Origin: Octopus sinensis
Lineage: Eukaryota
NCBI RefSeq assembly: GCF_006345805.1
Contig: NC_043017.1
Span: forward strand, 27,776,001 to 27,840,000
Direction: 5' to 3'
DNA: 64,000 bases
Both the position numbers and the translations under genes were made by a program. This document shows positions 55,693 through 64,000 of the stretch, piece by piece. The notes below the pieces were generated by a model. It worked only from the letters and a program-made list of their open reading frames with translations, did not search any database and was not told the DNA's origin. Position 1 is the first letter of the stretch, and each line of letters opens with the position of its first letter.

Positions 55693-55726
<34 letters not shown>

Positions 55727-55903
55727 GTGTGTGTGTGTATGTATGTATATGTATGTATCTGTATGTACGTGTGTGTATGTGTGTGTATGTATGTATATGT
55801 ATGTATATGCATATGTATATATATATTTGTATGTATATGTATATATATGCACATATATATGTGTATATATGTGCATATATATGTATATGCATATATATAT
55901 TAT

Positions 55904-55934
<31 letters not shown>

Positions 55935-56239
55935 CACACACAGACACACATACATACATACATACATTTATATATATATATACACACACATACATAAATA
56001 CACACACACACACACACACACACGTATATAGTGCGTAAACACCGTTTCATTGTTGCAGTTTCGTTCTCATTTCAGTGATTTTCCTTGTCCTAACATCATA
56101 TATGTTTCTATTTCATCCTTATTTTGTATCAACTAAATGACTGCCTGCTTATATAATGTGTATACTTACATATATATCTACATACCAATAATGTGTAAAC
56201 GCTCACAAATTCATACTTATATTTGTATATTTTCATACC

Positions 56240-56273
<34 letters not shown>

Positions 56274-56290
56274 CATACATTCATACATAT
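55660..56290. repeat. Compound TA/TG/CA microsatellite
   Basis: Direct reading. Confidence 0.88.
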
Positions 56291-57027
56291 TTACAAATTG
56301 GTGTTGTGTAGTTTTACATAGTATATAGTGTTGCTACATTTCATTGAATCTGGAAGGATGGAAGGCAGCCAACCTCGAGCTCAGCATGATTCGAACTCAG
56401 AATTCAGAGCGTTGTGGATATAAAAGCAGAAGAAATATTAAATAGGTTAATGAATTAGTTTTCTTCCTTGTGTAATTGTATGACGGAAAGGAAAAACGAC
56501 AAACAGTATTAGGGTGTTAATTCCTATTTTTGTTTTCTTCCTTCTTAACACAAATTGCATTGTTTATCTGAAACAAGCATGAAGAATTAGTGTACAAGAA
56601 CAAATATGTGGAATGCATAATAAAAACAGAAAGATACATTTGGACTAAACCAATAACAAATAGAACTAATAAAGAAAATTAACATAAGAGGCCTTGAAAT
56701 GGTGTTGAATTGCAGAATGATTACTGAGTTGCAGAAAATAGTAGAGGTGAGAATTTTAATTTAAACAGCACCTTGATAAATTACGATAAAGAAGGAAGGA
56801 AAACAATAATTTCCATTACAAAGAATAGATTTTTTTTTGTGAAAAAAAAAATGCACAAGATTATGCACACATACATAATAAATATTATCAAATAAGAAAA
56901 TAAAAATGATAATAAACAAAAGCATACAAAAATAATGTGCAAAAAAGTTTTCAATAATTAACCTAAAAATTAAAAGTAGAATTCTTCACCCTTTGAATAT
57001 ATTAGGTCCTTACCGAAGTTAATCTAA

Positions 57028-57265
57028 TTTTTTTTTTTTTTTTTTTTGTACTTGTTTCAGTCATTTGACTGCGGCCATGCTGGAGCACCGCCTTTTAGAG
57101 TGGTGAAAGAGTACAGCAGGGATCACCACCATCCCCTGCCGGAGCCTCGTGGAGCTTTTAGGTGTTTTCGCTCAATAAACACACACAACGCCCGGTCTGG
57201 GAATCGAAACCGCGATCCTCCGACCGCAAGTCCGCTGCCCTAACCACTGGGCCATTGCGCCTCCA
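57028..57265 (-). mobile_element. SINE family C head joined to SINE-A/CR1-type tail plus poly(A)20 (tail type 3)
   Basis: Minus strand: tggaggcgcaatggcc...ctctttcaccactct|aaaaggcggtgctccagcatggccgcagtcaaatgactgaaacaagtac-A20. Confidence 0.88.
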
Positions 57266-58883
57266 GAGCTAGAGGTTACTTTAACATTTATGGAATTAAT
57301 ATATTTGATTACACTGTCGGCAAGTATTTCATTGCTAATTTAATAAATCTACCTAAAACTTTGTATTATGCAAACTCAGCAATTTGTAGGAGAACTGAAC
57401 GAAACGAAACATATCTTCTTCATGTTCTTCTGTTATATCTTCCTGAGATGAGAAAGATTATTGTAAATACGGTTTTACGAGTCTCCAAGTAATCTGCCGA
57501 GAGAAAAGACGAACGTTATCTTCAGAGCGGCGTCCTTGATTCTTCTGACTCAACTGACTGTTAAATGCAGCCACGTTCAGGCGTTGTTGTTAATCTACGA
57601 GAAGGATTCCTGTACAACATATTCCATTCCATCTAACATAGCAGCCTGCTGTTCGTAAGAGGGTTCTAAGAATGGAGACATCAGGTACTTCCTACATAGG
57701 GTCCTATCAGAAGTAACATCATAAAAATTTTCCATTGGATACCAAAGCGTGACCATTTCAACATTATCCAACAATTTTTGAACACTAATTTAAGAGATGA
57801 GTAATTCTTCCAAGAGCATAGCCCTGCGCTTAGTTAAATAGTCAGTTGAAAGGCGGATTAACCATTGGCTGTAGAGTTAGCTTGTGGTCAGTGCAGTATT
57901 TAGTGGACAAATAAAATGACCAGTCATTTGAGTATTGCAGTCTATATTGACGTGACATCAAAAGATTAAGATGTTCACTCTACAATTTCTATATATCTCG
58001 AAGCTATATATATATATATATCTTCAAGCATACGGGAATGCAATAAATCATTGATCGCAGGAATAATTAAAAAGAAAGCAAATGTGTTCTCCGAAAGTAC
58101 TCTAAGAATTCCTCATAGGTTTTAGTCATTTTCGACCTTGTCGGTAAATACAGTCAATCCTTTACTGCCAGATTTAAGATGAGTTTCAAAAGTAATGAAT
58201 TATAGTGAACGAACACTGTATAGTATGGCTGCTTCGTTATACAATGTTACCCTCTCCACCGCCAAGGAAAATAACACGTATAGATAGTGAGTCACTCCTA
58301 AATTTCCGAGGCCGCTAGAAGCTTTCTAAAATTGCTGCATAGAGCTATGATAACTAGACATATGCCAAACTATAATAATATTTAAATATTACTTTTACAC
58401 TAGGTGATTGATGTCGATGTTCTATGTGGCCATCAATATTCTTCTTAGATCAGGCGAGAGCGAATATATTTAGCCACTCTCTAACCCAATGTTTTGTACT
58501 TTATCGATTTATCATTAACTGTCAGATAACTTCACCCAAAATATTATTATAGCGTCTGCTGCTACGAAGCTTTATTTTTATTATTATCACCGTGTTTTCA
58601 ACAGTTTTATGCGAGTTTCTAATGCAACATAAGATGCACCTTCATATTCCTGGTGTGTAAGTAGCACTGTCTGTTAGGAATATAGACGTGTGATTCTATT
58701 CTGTATCACTGTTACATAGCTGTGAGATTGTTGTACTTTCTTGTTCTCTCAGTCGTTATATCTCTATTTCGAACATTGTAGAAGCGTACACCATTATACT
58801 GGCTAGTATTCTGTGGTTCCTATATGCTGTGTTTACCATCAACGGGGTTGAATGCCTGCGTAGAGCAACTACTCTGTAGTAAT

Positions 58884-59394
58884 TCTTAGACCCCCTTCGG
58901 TCATGAATGACCATGGGATTGCACCTAAAAAGTTACCCTCCGAGGTACAAATCTGGGCAAGGTTGTTTATGGAAGACCAGCAGTTGCCCATGTATACCAG
59001 CCTCCCTTCACCATGACACCGATGTTATCCAAGGGAAAGGCAACGGTCGATACAGCATGGCACCAGTGACGTCGCAGCTCATTTATTAACGTGCAGGTGG
59101 CCGAGCACTTCACAGACACGTGTACCCTTAACGTACTTCTTGGGGAGATTCAGCGTGACACAGTGTGACAAGGCTGGCCCTTTGAAATACAGGTACAACA
59201 GAAACAGGAAGAATGAGAGAGAGAAAGTTGTGGTGAAAGAGTACAACAGGGTTCACCACCAACCCCTGTCGGAGCCTCGTGGAGCTTTTAGGTGTTTTCG
59301 CTCAATAAACACTCACAATGACCGGTCTGGGAATCTAAACTGCGATCCTACGACCGCGAGTCCGCTGCCCTAACCACTGGGCCATTGCGCCTCC
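58884..59394 (-). mobile_element. 511-bp composite SINE (C head + D module + RTE-like tail) with 13-bp TSD
   Basis: actctgtagtaat at 58871-58883 and 59395-59407; C head 59394-~59200, D module ~59197-59085, RTE-like 5'UTR and 3' end ~59075-58884. Confidence 0.9.
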
Positions 59395-60681
59395 ACTCTG
59401 TAGTAATATAATATCATTATTTGGCAAACATGTAGAATGCGTTTGTGGGGTTCTTTTTTCTGTCTAGAATGTAGGGTGTTTATTATGATTACGTTTTGTA
59501 CTGTTAGTTGTTTATTGTGAACAGCATGTGTTTGTATTTAGTCTTGCTTCTCCAGCGTATTTACTGTTTGAGGTTTTCTGTTTGTATATAGCAGCGCTTC
59601 GATAACGTATTTGCTTTGTGAGGTATTCTGTTTCATTCGTTGGTTATTCTATGTGTTGTGTAAAGATGCTTTAATATTTGATCTACGCGGCTGAACTGAA
59701 TACATATTGCACAAGTTCTGCCTAAAAGGGCTATTTTTATTGAATCATTGCGAGCCCTTATATTTGTTATATTTTGGTCATTTCTTTTTATCATATTGTT
59801 TTAGCTATTTTTATTACTGTTTGTATTTTCAGGTCCTACATTCTGCACTTCTTGAAGTGTGATAAATAATTTTAAATGATTCTCCAATTATTTATTGAGC
59901 AGAAGAGGACGTAATGTTGTAGCTAATAAAGAAACATATCTTAAAACAGTCATTGTCAAGGCATTTCTTTATCATTAGCCCTAAATATTTTACCTATAAA
60001 TCTTCCCACAGATGTACTACATGAATACAGCCAGGCAGTTGATATATCTCGTTTCATGTATATGTTCATTTAGAAGAAACACGCTCTTGTCTGCTTTCTC
60101 TCATCCGTTATATTCTTGTCACATTTCTCAACAGAAGTACCTCTCAACTTTATCGTCTCAGTGTATTTACAAGCGGTTGGCAAAGACTATGCATGTGGAA
60201 ATGATGTAGTTAAACGGCTCATTACACTGGATATTTAGTCAATATTTGATGCCATGTGTCATTATAGTATCTTTGAATTCCTTTGTATTATGGAATTCTT
60301 GCGTCTTTAATATTTTGTGAAATTATGTCCTGGCTATGATGAACCAAGCTTCCAACATTTTTTACTGTTTCTCACGTTCATTTTGATCCTCAATATGATA
60401 AATACTTTTTATCTTATATTAAACGTTTTTAATACTTTTTGATAGTTATATAATTTAATAAAAAATATATATATATATAAAAATATAAAAATTTATAAAT
60501 ATAAATTAATGATTTTAATTTTGAATTTAAATAATTTAAATTTTTATATTTTATTTATTTTGTATATTATATTAATTATTTTTATGTTTTGGTTTATGTT
60601 TTTCACTGTTTGATTTGCCTAATAGTGGTTTTATCTCTAATTTAATTTGTATATATATATATATATATATATATATAAGCA

Positions 60682-60973
60682 TTAATAAATCTCCGAACGA
60701 GATATAAACAGTAACCGCTCGACAACGTAAAGTGTACTAGCCATCGAAAACCGGTGTTTACCATACGTTGACGAGAGGCAAAAACCTTGAAACTATAGTC
60801 CGTATGTATCACTTAGGTTTTCGAGGGAGGATGACCTCCCTTTGCAAATAACACAAGGGCACTGAAATTGTGTCTAAGGCCAGCTGGAGACGTCGATCTC
60901 CTGGGGCTAAAAGCGTCAGTAACACCCACCCCCAGTGGCTAGCCACATTCAGATGGCTAGTACACTTTACGTT
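60682..60973. mobile_element. ORF-less hammerhead-bearing repeat (Penelope-like/retrozyme-like): inverted 3' piece (60682-60745) plus sense copy (60746-60973)
   Basis: Perfect 22-bp inverted repeat 60724-60745/60952-60973, multiple internal hairpins, hammerhead fold, (TA)n on both sides, homologous to 36168-36426. Confidence 0.75.
60762..60806 (+). ncRNA. Minimal type I hammerhead ribozyme (C3U variant)
   Basis: CATACG-TTGACGA-GAGG caaaaa CCTT-GAAA-CTATAG-TC|CGTATG: perfect 6-bp stem I, 4-bp stem II (one G-U), palindromic stem III ACTATAGT, GUC site with predicted cleavage after 60800. Confidence 0.75.
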
Positions 60974-61618
60974 ATATATATATATATATTATATATATAT
61001 ATATATAATATATTATATATATATATTCTAGTTAATACCTGTGCATTTTTGTGCTAAAAATTAGCTGATGTCAATTTACTCTGTACTATTATGTACTCAA
61101 TATCCTTCTCGTATATTTTAGTTTTGTATTCAGAAACTTTGTTCTACTGCAATAACACTGAAATAGTCTTTTCAGAAAGTTTTACTCTGCATATATTATT
61201 TACTTCGTTTCTTTAATCATTTTCTTTCGATTCCAATGTGTATTCTGTTGGTTAGTATGATATTTTTCTCATTATTTGGTCGCATTTTCAAAGTAGTATT
61301 CCTTCTTCTCTATTGCACTTTGTAAGCTAGATATTCCGGTATAGCTCCATGCTATATAAAATGTTCTCTTTCAATATTTAAAAGTGGAGTTTGATTGATT
61401 GTGTAATGGTACAACTCTAAAACACTGTTGTCCTGGATCCTACATCAGTTACTCAAAAGAGCAGGTCTTTCATTCTGTTGATACGTCGCAGTTTATTTCA
61501 AAATATTCAATTCCTAGCTTGGTCTGGTTACTATTCTTTATCCTTTCGTATTTATAGTCGCGTATCTATTGGGAAAACCGTCACGTTGTTACTTCGCTGA
61601 ATTTGATTCTTCTCTTTA

Positions 61619-62013
61619 TCTTTATATATAAAAGTGAGGTTGTGTGCTGTCTGTCTCCTACAATTTAGATTCCTAACTACTCCCACATTTTGCGGTGCAG
61701 TTTAACCAAAACTGGGTATCTTATAGTCGTGATTCATATCGAGCCCTTCTGGGTATTAGCGCGCGTCTACGATGAGTCTACGATTTAAAAAAAATTTACC
61801 ATCAATTTTTCCCATTTTTAATGCATTTTTGGGATATATAAGGGAAGTAACTCTCTAAAAATTTATTAAATCTCAGAACGTAAAAAGCTACAGTAACCCC
61901 ACCCCCCTTTGTGGTTAACCATATTGAGATGGCTATTATACTTTACATCTCTAAAAATGCTTATATAGTTATTTCCCTTACAAACCCGAGCAACGCCGGG
62001 CGATTACTGCTAG
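61619..62013 (+). mobile_element. Non-autonomous Helitron (~395 bp)
   Basis: Begins TC-tttatatataaaa after an A, ends CTAG before a T, GC hairpin cccgagc-aac-gccggg (61985-62000) 9 nt before CTAG, no TSD. Confidence 0.85.
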
Positions 62014-62282
62014 TATTCTATAAAACTTCTTCACTGCCAAGTTTGCTTTGCCGTGTGGTAAATGTTCTGCTTTGTTATAAATACAATGGTTCGAGCGCAG
62101 AGTTTCGTTGCGATGTCCTTGACATGGCGGGTCCATGTAAATTCTATGAGCAACATCTGTTTTGTACAGATGTCTTTCGTTATTCTGATTTCCTGTTTGT
62201 CCCTCCTCAACTGTTTAGCAACTTTGTTTAACCTCTCGATAAAAGTGACGGAAATCGTATATACAAGACTTCAGAAGCAGTG

Positions 62283-62358
62283 AGTACTGGGGTCGATTAC
62301 TACGACTAAGCCCTCCAATCCGATGTCTAACCGTGGTTGCAGTCTAATGACTAAAGCA
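62283..62358 (+). mobile_element. Decayed SINE-A 3' tail
   Basis: gagtactggggtcgattactacgactaag...ttgcagtctaatgactaaa. Confidence 0.55.
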
Positions 62359-62360
62359 TG

Positions 62361-62420
<60 letters not shown>

Positions 62421-62515
62421 TAATTGTGTGTGGGTGTGCAGGTGTTTGTGAGAGAGATTGATAGATAGATAGATATCAATATATATATATTATATATATA
62501 TATATGTATATATAT

Positions 62516-62684
62516 AGGTGCAGGAATGGCTGTGTGGTAAGTAGCTTGCTTACCTGGGTTCAGTCCCACTGCGTGGCATCTTGGACAACTGTCTTCTACT
62601 ATAGCCTCGGGCGGACCAAAGCCTTGTGAGTGGATTTGGCAGACGGAAACTGAAAGCAGCCAGTCGCATATATGTATATATATG

Positions 62685-62729
<45 letters not shown>

Positions 62730-62804
62730 GTATATATATGTATAATATACATATATGTATATATATGTATATATATACATATTATATATATATGTATATA
62801 TATG

Positions 62805-62837
<33 letters not shown>

Positions 62838-63747
62838 GTATATACATATATATATACATATATATATATATATATGTATGTATATGTATATGTATATGTA
62901 TATATATATATATAATATATATAATATATATATGTATAAATGTATATATATATGTATATATATTCATATATCTATACATACATATCTATTTATATATATA
63001 TATATATGTATATATATGTATATATGTATATATGTATATATGTTATATATGTATATATATGTATGTATATATATATATATATGTATATATATGTATATAT
63101 ATGTCTATATATGTATATATGTATATATATGTATATATGTATATATATGTATATATGTATAATGTATGTATATATGTATATATATGTATAATATATATAT
63201 ATGTATATATGTGTATATATGTATATATATGTATATATATTATATATATATATATATGTATATATATATTTATATGTATATATATATTTATATGTATATA
63301 TATATTTATATGTATATATATGTATATATATATTTATATGTATATAATATGTATATATATGTATTATATAATTTATGGTATATATCGTATAATATATTTA
63401 TATGTATATATATTAATATATATTTATATGTATATATATGTATATATATATTTATATGTATATATATGTATATATATGTATATATATGTATATATATTTA
63501 ATATGTATAATATTATAATATGTATATATATATTTATATGTATATATATGTATATATATATTTATATGTATATATATGTATATATATATTTATATGTATA
63601 TATATGTATATATATATTTATATGTATATATATGTATATATATGTATATATATGTATATATATGTATATATATGTATATATGTGTGTGTGTGTATATGTT
63701 CATGTGTCTGTGTTTGTCCCCCCCCCCAACATCGCTTGACATCCGAT
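62516..63747 (+). mobile_element. SINE family A split by a ~1-kb expansion of its internal microsatellite
   Basis: Head 62516-62666, (TATATG)-type tract ~62667-63700, then gtgtttgtccccccccccaacatcgcttgacatccgat, the expected next SINE-A segment. Confidence 0.88.
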
Positions 63748-64000
63748 CAAGTCACGACAATTGCATTTCATAATGTGGACTACATCGTCTCAGATTTATG
63801 TGCTTCGATTTGTCCAATGTCACGATGGTGATTAAGGGATATATAACAGTGATGTTTAGCATTTCATCATAAATATAGAGATTTCAAAATTCTCTCGCTG
63901 TTTTACGCGTAAACTAAGCTGTGGATATATACGTTTTACATTTATAAATAATAAAAGTGTGATATACATGTGTGTGTGTGTATGTATATATATATATATA

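Noticed and set aside
57600-57800. ~63-codon open stretch on the minus strand (ISVQKLLDNVEMVTLWYPMENFYDVTSDR...VVQESFS)
   Set aside because: Bounded by stops, no splice signals or recognisable motif; a stretch this long can occur by chance. TBLASTN would be needed to rescue it as a decayed gene or viral fragment
60724-60973. 22-bp perfect inverted repeat read as a DNA-transposon TIR
   Set aside because: Homology with the 36.2-kb locus shows the left arm continues outward (60682-60723) as more of the element's 3' end, so it is an inverted copy, not a terminus; no TSD
1-64000. The long ORFs in the supplied track (for example 62672-63739, 54110-54742, 46303-46995, 21788-22381, 47200-47787, 16371-16932)
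   Set aside because: They are translations of stop-free di- and trinucleotide repeats ([12 protein letters not shown], poly-I/L/P/H/V), often open in several frames and on both strands; no domain content

Overview
Very AT-rich, microsatellite-saturated eukaryotic non-coding DNA, intronic or intergenic. I recognise the repeat families from memory as those of octopod cephalopods (Octopus-like); this is an inference, not a database result. I find no supportable protein-coding gene: nearly all supplied ORFs are translations of (TA)n, (TG)n or trinucleotide repeats, and the one real coding remnant is the C-terminus of a CR1-type LINE ORF2 (53206-53500, minus). The window holds about 25 copies or fragments of tRNA-headed SINEs in four families (my labels A-D), a short non-autonomous Helitron, a ~267-bp foldback palindrome and several minisatellites. 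Most interesting: (1) a ~290-bp, highly structured, ORF-less repeat with a minimal type I hammerhead ribozyme fold (60762-60806). It occurs at two loci, both in head-to-head inverted arrangement inside (TA)n (Penelope-like or retrozyme-like), and two further unrelated hammerhead-like motifs lie at 17.7 kb and 24.3 kb. (2) A modular SINE system in which one tRNA-like head carries four different 3' tails, one shared with the local CR1 LINE and one RTE-like. (3) A SINE that forms multimers through one fixed internal junction. Coordinates were counted by hand and diffuse ends are approximate.
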